Positions 20,458 through 30,987 of a DNA stretch of 64,000 nt are shown here, piece after piece (positions within the stretch are counted from its first letter, which is position 1; each line of letters opens with the position of its first letter). The DNA is from a virus (Duplodnaviria > Caudoviricetes), in IMG/VR virus record IMGVR_UViG_3300020576_005251, positions 64,001 through 128,000 of that record; one strand, 5' to 3'. The notes below the pieces were generated by a model. The model was not told the DNA's origin and did not search any database. It worked only from the letters and a program-made list of their open reading frames with translations. A program made the translations under genes and the position numbers.

Positions 20458-21308
20458 TGAAGGGCCTGTACGAGAAAGTGGCCTTCGGGCCCCTCGCGCC
20501 GCTCGCCGCGATGGGCGCGCGGGCTGCGATCGGCGCAGGGGCGCGCGCTGTCGGCAGCGCAGCACTTCATGCGGGCCGCGCCTTCATCGGCCAGGGCGCC
20601 CCGGGCGCGCTGACCGGAGCGGCGCGCGTCGGGCGAGGTGTCGGCAACACCCTGAACGGCGCCAATCAGGCGGCAGGGCTCTACCAGACGGTTCAGTCAC
20701 TCGCCCCGGCGCCTGCTGCGCCCAGCGCCAACTCCGCGAGCGTGCAGGCTTCATCACTGAGCCCGTCGATGAAGGCCGGATCGCTGGAGACCCGTCTGGC
20801 GAAGCTCGCCTTCGGCGTCTCCAACGCCGCGAACATCGGCGGGTACCTCTCGCTGATCGGGGCCGAGGCTGTGCCGCATGACAACCCGTGGCACATGCGC
20901 CTCGAAGCGCTGGGCCTCGGGACTCTCGCGGCGTCCACCGCAGGGACCATGATCGCAGACCCCGAGGAGCGCGGCCCTGGCCAGAAGGACCTCGCGGGCT
21001 TGGCGCTGTTCGGGAGCGCGCTGAGGGATCGGATGGGGCGAAAGCACGCGGAGGAGAAGCGGGGCGCATTCGGCCCCGTCCTGGATGTCACCCTCGCGGG
21101 TATCCCCTCCGCCATCGGCTACGCCGAAGGCGTTCGAACGCCCGTCAACGAGCGTGAGGCGCGCGAATACACCCAGGGCGGATTCAGTGTCCCTGGCTTC
21201 ATGCTCATGCCGGGGTACACGGGCTACCACCTGGGTCGTCGAGCGGCGGCACAGCGCGTCCTCGACCGGATCGCGCACGGGGAAGCCCCGGGCCCTGGCT
21301 CCCCCTGA
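20457..21308 (+). CDS. Putative internal virion protein, apparently three K-x-A-delimited segments
   Basis: MKGLYEKVAF, LAKLAF and EEKRGAF motifs each precede a Gly-rich hydrophobic segment. Confidence 0.55.
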   Translation: MKGLYEKVAFGPLAPLAAMGARAAIGAGARAVGSAALHAGRAFIGQGAPGALTGAARVGRGVGNTLNGANQAAGLYQTVQSLAPAPAAPSANSASVQASSLSPSMKAGSLETRLAKLAFGVSNAANIGGYLSLIGAEAVPHDNPWHMRLEALGLGTLAASTAGTMIADPEERGPGQKDLAGLALFGSALRDRMGRKHAEEKRGAFGPVLDVTLAGIPSAIGYAEGVRTPVNEREAREYTQGGFSVPGFMLMPGYTGYHLGRRAAAQRVLDRIAHGEAPGPGSP

Positions 21309-21353
21309 ACCACCACGGTCCAATACGCCGTACTCTTCACCTGAGGACCCCAG

Positions 21354-22133
21354 ATGCCCACCTACCCCATCGGTATCACACGCAGCTTCGGCACGTGGCA
21401 CTCGAACGACCACTCCGTCGAGCGTTCAACGGACAACGTGGCCTACGACGCCGCGCACGGTGACAACTGTCTGATCCTCGCAGGTCCCGCGCGCAAGGGC
21501 GTGGCCAGCACGGTGGGCAGTGGCCGAACCATGCGCGCGCTGGGGCACTCCCAGCAGTTCCAGTTCTCGTCCTCGGCGCCCGTCCAGGCAGCGCAGGGGA
21601 TCGGCTCCGCACGCAGCTTCTTCCTGCGCGGCAAGAGCCAGTCGCAGTGGTCGTGTACGCGACTCCTGCTGAACGGACTGAACCTCCTCGCCGCGATGTA
21701 CCACAGCGCGCGCGAGGCGGGGATTCCCCTGGATCAGTTCGACGATCCGGCCGCGCCCGCCAACAGCCCGCAGTCGCAGTTCGTCATCAACCTGGACAGC
21801 GAGCTCTTCTACATCCCCACCGGGTGGGGCATCACGATGCGAAGCAAGAGCCGCACGTTGATCGGGGGCTGCTACCTGGAGCTCTCGATGGTCTCGAACT
21901 GGGGCACCCAGATCACGGCGGGGAGTCCAATGCTCGCCGAGAGCGTCAGCGGACTCTGCGACCGCATCCTGCCCTATCAGGTGTCGGACGCCATGAACGC
22001 CCCGCGCGTGGGCCGCGCCCTCATGGATGCGGTCCTCGGGATGGGGCAGACGCCGCTGTCGCCTGCGGGCTACACGACGTTCTCCTCGATCCCGGCGACG
22101 GGCCTCGGCGACGCGACCGTCCCGGGTCTGTGA
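21354..22133 (+). CDS. Tail tube protein (putative)
   Basis: 259 aa downstream of sheath; QGIGSARSFF…GGCYLE…LAESVS pattern. Confidence 0.65.
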   Translation: MPTYPIGITRSFGTWHSNDHSVERSTDNVAYDAAHGDNCLILAGPARKGVASTVGSGRTMRALGHSQQFQFSSSAPVQAAQGIGSARSFFLRGKSQSQWSCTRLLLNGLNLLAAMYHSAREAGIPLDQFDDPAAPANSPQSQFVINLDSELFYIPTGWGITMRSKSRTLIGGCYLELSMVSNWGTQITAGSPMLAESVSGLCDRILPYQVSDAMNAPRVGRALMDAVLGMGQTPLSPAGYTTFSSIPATGLGDATVPGL

Positions 22134-22145
22134 TACCCTCGGGGG

Positions 22146-23495
22146 ATGCGTCCCCCGAACCGTGGCTCCTCCGACCCCCTCTCTCCCGCTCCCGGCTCCC
22201 CCGGAGTCTCCGTCCCCTTCGACCCCGCGCCTCGCGGGCGCCTGGAGCGGGGCGTGGTCCTCAGCGTCGACGCGAGGCGCCACAGCTATCGTGTAGCACT
22301 CAACAGCGGCAGACAGCTGACCGTGTCTCGGATCCTCCCCTCCCCGGGCGACTCGGGCCTGCTCCCGGCCGGGACGGACGTGGCGGTGACCTTCGACCTG
22401 GGCACGCCTTACATCCTCGGGGTGCTCCCACCGGGAGGCGCCCACGCCGATGGCACCGTGTCCCTCACCGACACCGACGGAAACGGGGGTGACGATCCGG
22501 CCTTGGACCAGCACCACTCGACGAACGGAAGAGACGCCACGACGCCCCGGGACTTGCTCCCCGGAGACCGCGCAATCACGTCCTCGGACGGCGCTTCGGT
22601 GGCGGCTCTCGCGGGAAAGGTCGCGATCCTTTCTGGGGGTCCGCTGGCGAAAGTGAGCGCCCACGGCGACACCGATCACGTCCAGGTCCGCGCGGGATCT
22701 CTGCGCACAGAGACGTGGATGGGCTTCTCCGAGACCGTCAACGAAGGCGGGAAGACCTCGTACCGTTTTCGCGGCGGAACCGATCAGCTCACACAGACGG
22801 GGCCCGGGGAGGAACGCTACACGATCCACCTGGATGCCGGTCACACAGGAGACGTTCTACGCCTGGAGCTGACGAACCGAGAGGGGCAGGCCCTGTTTCG
22901 ATTCCACGTGGATCCCACGGGGCATGTCGAGCTTTTCGCAGCCGGTGGCTTCGCACAAACACACGGGGATCGGAGCGATGCACCGCACGAGAGGGCTCAC
23001 CACGGCAACAGCTCCGAGCGGGTCACGGGGGACGTGGAAAACGTCGCGAATGGCTCTCGAACGGACCGCGTCGGTGAGTTTTATCGGGCAGAGGTGGGAG
23101 ATAATGTCGAGCTGATCGCAGGGGGCGGCATCAACCTCGTGGGCGCGAACAACGCCGCACTCCAGAGCGCGGGCCCCGTCGGGGTTGTGTCGGCGCAACG
23201 CGTCACAGTCTCCGGTCAAGGTGTAACGATCAAGCCCGGACTAGAGACGTTTCTGGTCGACACCTCGATCCCCGATCGAATCAAGTTCGGGGCCAGCGCG
23301 AGTTCGCACGGAGTGAAGTACGAGGAGCTCGCCCAGGTGCTGACGAGCATCCTTCGGGCCCTGAATGAGCTGAGATCCGCCTTCGCGACACACGCACACC
23401 CGGGGGCCCCTCAGAACCCCGCCTACCTCCAATACGCCGTACCGCTCACGGTGGATCTGGCAGGGTGTCGCTCCCTGGTCTTCCAGCTCGCGTGA
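22146..23495 (+). CDS. Baseplate central spike (GpV/gp5-like)
   Basis: N-terminal OB-fold-like segment (LPAGTDVAV…PYILG), beta-helix-like repeats, C-terminal H-x-H (THAHP). Confidence 0.65.
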   Translation: MRPPNRGSSDPLSPAPGSPGVSVPFDPAPRGRLERGVVLSVDARRHSYRVALNSGRQLTVSRILPSPGDSGLLPAGTDVAVTFDLGTPYILGVLPPGGAHADGTVSLTDTDGNGGDDPALDQHHSTNGRDATTPRDLLPGDRAITSSDGASVAALAGKVAILSGGPLAKVSAHGDTDHVQVRAGSLRTETWMGFSETVNEGGKTSYRFRGGTDQLTQTGPGEERYTIHLDAGHTGDVLRLELTNREGQALFRFHVDPTGHVELFAAGGFAQTHGDRSDAPHERAHHGNSSERVTGDVENVANGSRTDRVGEFYRAEVGDNVELIAGGGINLVGANNAALQSAGPVGVVSAQRVTVSGQGVTIKPGLETFLVDTSIPDRIKFGASASSHGVKYEELAQVLTSILRALNELRSAFATHAHPGAPQNPAYLQYAVPLTVDLAGCRSLVFQLA

Positions 23496-23543
23496 CACAC
23501 TAGACTACCGACGGGCCTGAGCGACAGGACCCAAGGAGTCATC

Positions 23544-25157
23544 ATGCTCGATCTCACCGTCACCTCATACGGTCCCAACGCGCTGTCCGACCTCAGCGGT
23601 CTCGGCGCGCTCAACGCCGAGGCCGAGTTCCTCGGCGCCAACAACGGCAGCGCCAGCGCGGGCGGCACCACGACCGTGTTCCGCATCTCCAACGCCGACT
23701 GGGATCGGATCCGGCCGCAGCTGCGCAAGCTCGCCGAGATGCGCATCCCCCTCGTCGAGAACGGCGCCACCGTGGCGGGCGTGCAGCGCCCGCTGCTCAC
23801 CTACACGCTCACGCAGTCGATCGGCAACCATCCCCGCATCACGCGCGTGGAAGAGACCGCGCCCGTGAGCCCCTACACCGACGGCGCCCTCGTGGTGCGC
23901 GGCATGAACCTCCTGGGCGGGATCCAGGCCAAGCTCGACCTGTTCACGCAGAGCGTGGCTGTGGCCTCGGGGCCCACCGGCACGCAGCGCTTCCAGAGCG
24001 CCGTGCGCGCGCTGCGATTCACCGCCGTGCCCTTCGGCCCGCGCGGTCGCAAGATCGGGATCCGCATCATGGAGCCCGGGGTCACCAGCGTCTCCGTGGT
24101 CCTGATCGGCGACGAAGAGGTGCGGATCACCGTGACGCCCGGGACGGCGTCGAACACCGCGACGCTGATCGCCGCCCAGATCCTCGGCAGCACCGTCGCC
24201 AGCTACTACGTCACCGCGACGGCCCTCGTGGGCAGCGCGCTGATCGGTCCCACCGCCAGCGTCGGGTCGCCGTCGCCCACGCCGCCGCAGGTGCGTCTCC
24301 CGGAGTTCCTCTACCTCCGTGGCGGTGACGGCGGTGGTGTGGCCGAGCTGCTCGTGCCCGTGGTCGCGGGCGTCGCGACCAACGGCCTCAAGCTCGTCGC
24401 GCAGAAGGCGGGCAACCCGGGGAACAACGTCTCCCTGGTGCTGCGCATGGAGCAGGGCGCCGACGCGGTCACGGTCTCGAACGGGCGCATCACGGTGGAC
24501 CGCACGGGCGCCACCGAGACCCTCGCGAACCTCGTGACCGCGATCAACGGCAACGCGACCGCAGCGGCCCTCGTCCTCGCGAGCGCGCGCGGCACGGGTT
24601 CGCTCGGCGCGAAGGGCCCGCTGTACCTCTATGGTGGTGGCGGCGAAGAGCCGGTGGCGACCGTCGGTGGCGCTGCCGCCACGGTGACGGAGCACACCAA
24701 CACCTCGCTCAAGCTGGCCGTCCCCGCCGCTGCGTACCTCGCGGCCGGTGGGGCCGATCAGATGTCGGCGGTGATCCAGATCCTGCTGGGAGACCGCAAG
24801 ATGAGCGCGCAGGTGATGGTCGGTGCCGCGCGCACCGCGTCGTTCCGCGCCACTGTGCGCGCGCAGTTGGCCGTGATGATCGCCACGCCGGGTGCGGCCA
24901 TCGACGGCGTCATGATGGACGCGGGCGAACGCTTCTGGACCACCTCGCAGGGCGAGGCCACGCAGGACGGCCTCTACGTCTGGAACGGTGCTTCGGTGCC
25001 CGCGACGCGGGCGCCGGAGATGCCGGTGGGGATGGACGTGGCGGGGATGCTGGTCTCGATCAGCGAAGGCACCGAGGCGGGCAAGGTGGCCCAGGTGACC
25101 AACGTGACGGGCGGGGGCATCATCGGAACGCACGGCCTGACCGACGCGTTCGTCTGA
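23544..25157 (+). CDS. Virion fibre/decoration-like structural protein
   Basis: AAGGAG RBS; Gly/Ala/Thr/Val-rich; C-terminal IDGV…GERFW…QDGLYVW…ATRA…VSISEGT motif seen in phage fibre proteins. Confidence 0.6.
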   Translation: MLDLTVTSYGPNALSDLSGLGALNAEAEFLGANNGSASAGGTTTVFRISNADWDRIRPQLRKLAEMRIPLVENGATVAGVQRPLLTYTLTQSIGNHPRITRVEETAPVSPYTDGALVVRGMNLLGGIQAKLDLFTQSVAVASGPTGTQRFQSAVRALRFTAVPFGPRGRKIGIRIMEPGVTSVSVVLIGDEEVRITVTPGTASNTATLIAAQILGSTVASYYVTATALVGSALIGPTASVGSPSPTPPQVRLPEFLYLRGGDGGGVAELLVPVVAGVATNGLKLVAQKAGNPGNNVSLVLRMEQGADAVTVSNGRITVDRTGATETLANLVTAINGNATAAALVLASARGTGSLGAKGPLYLYGGGGEEPVATVGGAAATVTEHTNTSLKLAVPAAAYLAAGGADQMSAVIQILLGDRKMSAQVMVGAARTASFRATVRAQLAVMIATPGAAIDGVMMDAGERFWTTSQGEATQDGLYVWNGASVPATRAPEMPVGMDVAGMLVSISEGTEAGKVAQVTNVTGGGIIGTHGLTDAFV

Positions 25158-25637
25158 TCAAGTTCTCGTGCCAGGGCGCCCAGGCTTCGTGCCGGGCGCC
25201 TTGGCCGGGGCCTTCGGCTCGATCTTCGGCTCGATCTTCTCCTCGGGCTTCTCCTCGACCTTCTCCTCGGTCTTCTCCTCGGGCTTCTCCTCGGGCTTCT
25301 CCTCGGGCTTCGACTCGGGCTTCTCCTCGCCCTCGATCTCAGGCAACACCTCCCACCCACTCGCCAGCCGCGTGGACTTGACGGTCGTTCGCGTGGTCAG
25401 AATCTTGACCGCGCGACGAGACGCGTTCGTGAACATCTCCACGGCGAGATCCCGATCTCCCGCCTCGGGATTGTCTTCCAGCGTCACGTGGAACGTCTTC
25501 TCTCCCAGGGGGCCGCGCAGGATGAGCCACGTGCTGCGCTGGCCCGGAGGCAGCTCCAGCACCAGCGTGGTGCCGTTGTGCGGGTTGATGACCGAGAACG
25601 AGATGCCGCTGGTTTCGAGCAGAGTAGATTCTTTCAT
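25158..25637 (-). CDS. Hypothetical protein with C-terminal (EEKP)n tail
   Basis: 159-aa ORF; 12-bp repeat at about 25210-25330. Confidence 0.6.
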   Translation of the reverse strand: MKESTLLETSGISFSVINPHNGTTLVLELPPGQRSTWLILRGPLGEKTFHVTLEDNPEAGDRDLAVEMFTNASRRAVKILTTRTTVKSTRLASGWEVLPEIEGEEKPESKPEEKPEEKPEEKTEEKVEEKPEEKIEPKIEPKAPAKAPGTKPGRPGTRT

Positions 25638-25675
25638 GTCCCGGAGCCTATCAGATGTACTCTTAGAGCACTAGG

Positions 25676-27349
25676 ATGACGTGGTCCACCGTACTGCCCA
25701 GCCTCCCCTCGGAGGTCCTCTCAGCGGCGCAAGCCCTGACGAGCGCCGCATCCGTAGCCCGTGAGGGGTTGCAAGCCGCGCGCGTCGTCATGCAGGCCCA
25801 AACAGCGCTGGTGAACGAGAGCGTCGGCGGCGCCCTCTCCGCCGCACAGTCTCTGCTCGATGGCGCCGTGAGCGCCTTGGAGGATGCGGTTCAGAGCCTG
25901 CTCGGTGACACGGGGCTCTACGTGCTGATGGTCCCACTGCCCAAGAAGGGGTTGGCCTACTACCTGCCGCAGAGCCTCACGCTCCCCTCCGCCGCGCCCA
26001 CGGGAGCCCTGAATGCGCGCGTAGGGAGCGATGTGAGTCAGCTGCCCTCGTGGCGAAGGGCCTTCGACAGCAGCGCACTCTTCACGGGCGGCAACGCGCA
26101 CTTTCTGAAAACGGTCGCGAACTCGATCACAGACCCGGGGGACGGGTGCCGACCCCAGTTCTCCCGTACGTCGTATTGGGGATACGTCGCCCTGGTCGCG
26201 GGAGCCTCGGACATCAGCGCGGCCATGAGCATCGCCGGGTACGTAGACAGCCTCTTTCGTCGCGAGGGGGGCTCCGAACAGCTCGCCGCTGGTAGCTCGG
26301 ACATGAGCCTGATCGCTACGGGACTGCGCGCCCGTGCCTCTACCCAGGGCGAGCTGGTCGTGGTCGAGTGGAGCCCGCTGGTCAGTCGACCCATTGGAGA
26401 CGACTGGATCTGCGCGCCGTGGAAGTACGCCCTCATCCGCTCGGAGTCTCCCGAAGCGATGACCGCGAGACGTGTCCTGGACCTCTTCTCGACGGTCGAT
26501 CTGCGCGAGGGGATGGCGGGGCGGTTCGGGTCCAAGGTGCTGAAGCTCGCCACGTACAACGGGATGGTGAATCGCTACGTAGACGAGAGCGAAGTCATCA
26601 CCAACCAGACCTACTACTACCACCTCGCCGTTCGGACCCGCGCCGAAAGCCCACAGGGCGAACGCAAAGAGTGGCCCTTCGACCTCGTCTCTTCGGCGGT
26701 CCGCTACCGTAGAACCTCCCGCACAGCGCCCCCGGGGCGGCGCGGAACACCCCCGGATTGGTATCGGAGCCCTAGTGTCTTGAGCCTGATCCCTCCTCTC
26801 GGGCGCCTCTCCGATCAGCTCCTTGAGGCCGTGGGGAGCATGCGATCGAGCAGCACCCAAGTGCTGAGCTACGGACGTGCCGCGCTCGACGCATTGGATC
26901 GGACGATCACACGCCTCGGGCGCATCATCTCAGACCTCGAACAAGTCCTTGGTCAGCTGAATGCGGTCTACTCGACACCATCTGCCAATGTCCACGTCCT
27001 GATTCAACAGGGTCAGGGAGACGCGATGTCCGTTGTGAAGGACCTCGCGACCCAGATGGACGCGCTCGACGACCCGAATCGCCCCGCGTTTGACACGGGT
27101 GACGAGTACGTCTGTGGGATGCTCGCCGTCGCAACTGCACCGAGTGAGGCGGCGCTGGTCCCGCTGATGGCCATGCTACAGGGCCTCTTCAACGGCTCGG
27201 CGCTTGACCCCGTTCTGGCTGGAATCGAGTCCGTACAAGGTGCGTTGGGTGTCGTGCGTACGACCTTGACGGAACCAACGCCTTCGCTCACGTTCAACGA
27301 AGACCTCACCGCTCGCCCTGCCGGTCAGGGCGACTCCACCTGCGAGTAG
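25676..27349 (+). CDS. Putative baseplate/tail-associated structural protein
   Basis: 557-aa ORF in the tail module; helical ends and a central FN3-like YVD…TYYY segment. Confidence 0.45.
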   Translation: MTWSTVLPSLPSEVLSAAQALTSAASVAREGLQAARVVMQAQTALVNESVGGALSAAQSLLDGAVSALEDAVQSLLGDTGLYVLMVPLPKKGLAYYLPQSLTLPSAAPTGALNARVGSDVSQLPSWRRAFDSSALFTGGNAHFLKTVANSITDPGDGCRPQFSRTSYWGYVALVAGASDISAAMSIAGYVDSLFRREGGSEQLAAGSSDMSLIATGLRARASTQGELVVVEWSPLVSRPIGDDWICAPWKYALIRSESPEAMTARRVLDLFSTVDLREGMAGRFGSKVLKLATYNGMVNRYVDESEVITNQTYYYHLAVRTRAESPQGERKEWPFDLVSSAVRYRRTSRTAPPGRRGTPPDWYRSPSVLSLIPPLGRLSDQLLEAVGSMRSSSTQVLSYGRAALDALDRTITRLGRIISDLEQVLGQLNAVYSTPSANVHVLIQQGQGDAMSVVKDLATQMDALDDPNRPAFDTGDEYVCGMLAVATAPSEAALVPLMAMLQGLFNGSALDPVLAGIESVQGALGVVRTTLTEPTPSLTFNEDLTARPAGQGDSTCE

Positions 27350-27351
27350 CA

Positions 27352-27729
27352 ATGCCGACCTACGACTACAAGTGCGACCGTGGCCACACCTTCGAGCGCT
27401 TCTGTTCGATCAGCGCGAAGGAGGCCGATCCGACGCCTCCCTGCCCCTGCATCGAAGGCGATGACAAGGCCACCTGCGGTCAGATCAGCCGACAGATCCT
27501 GAGCTCGATGCCAGCGCTCAACAACACCGAGATCTACATCCTGGACTACCCCGGGTCGAAACGACTCAAGGCCGGGTACGTGCACTCACACGTCGATCCC
27601 GGCCCTACGAAGGTGTCGTCAGGCTTCGGTGGTTGCCTCAATCCGTCGACGGCACCTCTTCACCCTCTGGCTGAGAAGGTGTCTCCGGACTGGAAGAATC
27701 GGAAGCGGGCGACAGAGAACCGGCGATAG
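27352..27729 (+). CDS. FmdB-family zinc-ribbon protein
   Basis: MPTYDYKCDRGHTFE…CPC…CG N-terminus. Confidence 0.7.
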   Translation: MPTYDYKCDRGHTFERFCSISAKEADPTPPCPCIEGDDKATCGQISRQILSSMPALNNTEIYILDYPGSKRLKAGYVHSHVDPGPTKVSSGFGGCLNPSTAPLHPLAEKVSPDWKNRKRATENRR

Positions 27730-28096
27730 GCTGAAGCTCAGGCGTGAAGCCGAGCATGCCGAGGAAGCTGCGCAGGCAGTTGATGCGGCTCTGATCTTCG
27801 ATGGGATCCGCCCCCACAGGCGCGCGACGCGCGATGAACCCCGTCAGGCTGATCCACATGTTGAAGAGCTGCTCCGTCGTCATCCGCGACACATCCCCCG
27901 AGGGCTCCAGCATCGCGACCGAGAGCATGACCTGATCCTCATGCCGCATGGCTCGCACGAGGAGACCGAAGTCCGCGCTCAGTCGCCCCCATCTCTGAGC
28001 CTCCTTCTCCGTGGTCCCATCTTCGAAGTCCTTCGATCCAGCCACGCGGACTCGGATCTCCAGCGGCCTCTTGGTCGTCCAGTATTGGTCATCCAT
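27638..28096 (-). CDS. Hypothetical protein
   Basis: 152-aa ORF filling the gap; convergent overlap of about 90 bp with the previous gene. Confidence 0.45.
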   Translation of the reverse strand: MDDQYWTTKRPLEIRVRVAGSKDFEDGTTEKEAQRWGRLSADFGLLVRAMRHEDQVMLSVAMLEPSGDVSRMTTEQLFNMWISLTGFIARRAPVGADPIEDQSRINCLRSFLGMLGFTPELQPIAGSLSPASDSSSPETPSQPEGEEVPSTD

Positions 28097-28122
28097 AGAG
28101 GAAGAGGTTACACTGCTTTGCC

Positions 28123-28968
28123 ATGGACCACTACCTGATTATCAACGGGCGTCGCGTCAACACCCCCTTCGAGTGCCTCAACTGGGAGAACGCCCCCACG
28201 AAGGTCAAGAAGCACACGAAGGTCAATCCACGCACGAGCGCATGCCGCACGATCTGGTGCCACACCGTGCATGGGCGGACGTGTCGCAGGCTGGCGCCCG
28301 GAGGCAAGGCATCCACCCGAGACCTGACCTGGGCGCGCTCCCACTTCAACTCGACCCGTGGTGCTTCCACGGACGGATACATCGACACGGATGGCTCGAT
28401 GGTGTGGTGCAACGACCCGGTCAAGACCTACACCTGGGGCGCGGGGGCGGTGAACCGCTACGGGATGCACATCGAGCTCGTCACGGATGAGAACGGGCAG
28501 ATGTACGAGGACACCCTCAAGACCTGGGGACTCTTCTGCATGATCGCGACGGCCGAGCTCGGGATCCAGCGCCAGACCCCGTGGGATCTCACGCTCAATA
28601 CGCCGTACGCGGGGCGCGTCTTCGACTGCGACCCCGAACGCATGGGCAAGAACACGGTGGGAGTCCTGGGGCACCGGAACGCCTGGACGCACCCCAAGAA
28701 GGCGGACGGCACGAAGGATCTGAGCCGCTACACGCCGCAGCGCGGCTTCGGCGACCCCAACGACTTCCCCTTCACGTGGCTCGTCGAGCACCACGCCTTC
28801 GAGAAGCTGGTCTTCCACGGCGGTGACAGCCAAAGTGAGCCGCCCGTGCGGGCCCTCTGGCGCGCACGCCAGAGGGCCCTCGGGCTGACGGATGACGGGG
28901 TGCCCCTGAAGGACACCGTGGCGGCGCTCAAGCGCGAAGGGAGGGCGAACGGGTTGTGGGTGGAGTGA
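28123..28968 (+). CDS. N-acetylmuramoyl-L-alanine amidase (Amidase_2-type endolysin) with C-terminal PG-binding-like motif
   Basis: IWCHT, ASTDGYIDTDG, TWGAGAVN..MHIEL, VLGHRN, GDPNDFPF; C-terminal QRALGLTDDG…TVAAL. Confidence 0.8.
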   Translation: MDHYLIINGRRVNTPFECLNWENAPTKVKKHTKVNPRTSACRTIWCHTVHGRTCRRLAPGGKASTRDLTWARSHFNSTRGASTDGYIDTDGSMVWCNDPVKTYTWGAGAVNRYGMHIELVTDENGQMYEDTLKTWGLFCMIATAELGIQRQTPWDLTLNTPYAGRVFDCDPERMGKNTVGVLGHRNAWTHPKKADGTKDLSRYTPQRGFGDPNDFPFTWLVEHHAFEKLVFHGGDSQSEPPVRALWRARQRALGLTDDGVPLKDTVAALKREGRANGLWVE

Positions 28969-29325
28969 TCAGCGAATCTGCTTCGCGTTCATGATGACCG
29001 CGTTGCCCACGATCACCGAGTAGCTTGCGCCCTCGCGCATGGCCCAGTTCGTGGCCTTCTCGTTGGGCGGGAGCTTCCTGAGCAGCCCCTCCTCGTTCAC
29101 CACCATGAGCGTCCCACCGTCGGCGGAGCGGAGGAGCTCGATGTCGCCGCCGACGTACTCCCGAAGCGCCTCCAGCGTGAAGTGGTTGCCGTTGGTCGGG
29201 AGAACCTGCTCCGAGGTGCCGTCGGTGCGGTAGAGCGTCGCCGGGGTGATGGTGGGGGCGGGCTTGGCGGCGCGCGGCTTGGTCGTCTTCTTGGTCGTCG
29301 GCTTGGTCGTCTTCTTGGTCGTCAT
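28969..29325 (-). CDS. DUF3846-like protein
   Basis: FTLEALREYVGGDIE…MVVNEEGLLRKLPPNEKAT…IVGNAVI; start MTTKKTT via ATGA overlap. Confidence 0.7.
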   Translation of the reverse strand: MTTKKTTKPTTKKTTKPRAAKPAPTITPATLYRTDGTSEQVLPTNGNHFTLEALREYVGGDIELLRSADGGTLMVVNEEGLLRKLPPNEKATNWAMREGASYSVIVGNAVIMNAKQIR

Positions 29326-29957
29326 GTCTCTGCCTTGGAGTAGTTGGTGAGTCCCTGGATGATCGCAGGGGTGAGGACGTGCTTGATGGTCTGGAGCGCG
29401 GCGACTTCGTCCGCCGCGATCCTCTTGGCGGTCTCGTTCTTCGCCATGAGCGCCGCCGCCCTGGAAGCGACGACGGAGGAGAGCGTGCGTGCCAGTGCGT
29501 CGCCGGAGTTCATGCCACGTGCGACGACGACGGAGGCCGCGTGGCTGCACGCGAGTGCCGCAGCCTGGGCGGCGTGGTTCGTTCGATAGTAGCGCGCGGC
29601 GTCTTGGCAATAACGTTGGGCGTCGGAGATCGCGTTCACTGACGTACCGCCTGCCGTCCAGACGGCAATCGCGTACAACGCGTTTCGAGGGTGATGCTCT
29701 TCAGCCGGGACGTTCTCCAGGGCCGTGTTCGCGCAGGCGATCGCCGCCCGTACGATCACCTCGTGGGAGAGGAGACGATGGCGATACATCTCCCTCACGA
29801 TGTGCATGAACCGCTCCTGGGTATTGCATTCCTCCAGGGCGCGCTCCCAGTCAGTGCCGAAGGGGAGCGCCCACGCCACGAGTTCCGCCAGGACCCTGGG
29901 GCTGAACCCAGGGCGTGGCCCCAGGCGCTTGAGGAGCGTGTGGAGCGGGGGTCTCAC
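29322..29957 (-). CDS. Imm5-like helical protein (tentative)
   Basis: AIACANTAL…HPRNALYAIAVW followed by Ala-rich helices; GTGA overlap start. Confidence 0.4.
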   Translation of the reverse strand: MRPPLHTLLKRLGPRPGFSPRVLAELVAWALPFGTDWERALEECNTQERFMHIVREMYRHRLLSHEVIVRAAIACANTALENVPAEEHHPRNALYAIAVWTAGGTSVNAISDAQRYCQDAARYYRTNHAAQAAALACSHAASVVVARGMNSGDALARTLSSVVASRAAALMAKNETAKRIAADEVAALQTIKHVLTPAIIQGLTNYSKAET

Positions 29958-30307
29958 GGGAGCCTCCGTGTGACGGTGTCGATGACCCACTTGCGGTCGT
30001 GTGCCGCCAGCGAGTCGAGCAGCTTGGTCACGCTCTGGAGAACCTCCTCATGCTGCGGAGTGCGGACCAGACCCTCGGCACGCGCGGCGCCGAAGAGCGC
30101 GTCCCAGGCGGGGTATGCACCACGCGTGTACGACTTTGACCATACGGCGTACGGGAGCGAGAGGTAGTCGTGACTCTTGTCCCCCACGCGCCGAAGCCCA
30201 CTGCCTCCGTCGCTGTTCCGGCAGAAGTACCAGTCTTCGTTGTCATGGACTGCGAGCAGCACGCACTGGTCGCAGTCGTGCTTGAATCGAGGCTTGAGTT
30301 TCGTCAT
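29954..30307 (-). CDS. Hypothetical protein (HDCxxC motif)
   Basis: PRFKHDCDQC; coupled to downstream gene. Confidence 0.6.
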   Translation of the reverse strand: MTKLKPRFKHDCDQCVLLAVHDNEDWYFCRNSDGGSGLRRVGDKSHDYLSLPYAVWSKSYTRGAYPAWDALFGAARAEGLVRTPQHEEVLQSVTKLLDSLAAHDRKWVIDTVTRRLP

Positions 30308-30321
30308 CCTATCTTTCCTCC

Positions 30322-30705
30322 ATGAGTCTCTCGATCAATCTCGAAGGCACCCTGTCGCTCCAGCTGACGGAAGAGTCGCGCCCGTCGCTGGTGCCGGTGC
30401 GCTTCACGCGCAACTACACCAAGAAGGCGATGCACACCTTCGCGCACACCACGCCCCTCACCAACTCGGCGGTGGGTCAGGGGGCCGTGACTGCGCCGAA
30501 GCTCGTGATCATCTGGGTGCGCGCGGGCACCGTGAGCTTCTCCTGGGCGAACGACGGTGCCGCGCCCACGGTGATCAAGGCGAGCGACACGCCGCCCCCC
30601 GGCGACCCGCCTGTGATGATCCTGATGCGGGACGACCCCGGCGCCGGTCAGCTGTACATGACGACGACGGGGCCCGTGGAAGGCGACGTGTGGGTGTTCA
30701 GCTGA
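30322..30705 (+). CDS. Small beta-rich, probably structural protein
   Basis: TATCTT-N6-ATG start; strong GC3; lone + strand gene. Confidence 0.6.
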   Translation: MSLSINLEGTLSLQLTEESRPSLVPVRFTRNYTKKAMHTFAHTTPLTNSAVGQGAVTAPKLVIIWVRAGTVSFSWANDGAAPTVIKASDTPPPGDPPVMILMRDDPGAGQLYMTTTGPVEGDVWVFS

Positions 30706-30979
30706 GAGGTAGCGGCCCGGCGAATACGAGTGCCTGGGTGTCGTACTTGAAGCGCTTCGAGACGCGTTCCAGTAGTGACGGGAGCACGCGCGCAAGGGCG
30801 TCTGACTCCTGGTAACGGGTCTCCATCTCTGAGCACACTTCGCCATGCAGCGATTTGAACGTGACGCGCTTCGGACGAAGAAATAGAACGCCCACCGTGT
30901 GCGCGTTGTAACAGACAACGTACAGATGTGGTGCGTCACTCTTGGGGTGGCTGATGAGTGTCTGGATTGATTGGTACAT
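30698..30979 (-). CDS. Hypothetical protein
   Basis: GGAGG RBS before MYQSIQ. Confidence 0.45.
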   Translation of the reverse strand: MYQSIQTLISHPKSDAPHLYVVCYNAHTVGVLFLRPKRVTFKSLHGEVCSEMETRYQESDALARVLPSLLERVSKRFKYDTQALVFAGPLPLS

Positions 30980-30987
30980 GATCCCTC

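Noticed and set aside
25210-25330. 12-bp repeat as a regulatory array
   Set aside because: Explained as the (EEKP)n low-complexity tail of the 25158-25637 protein.
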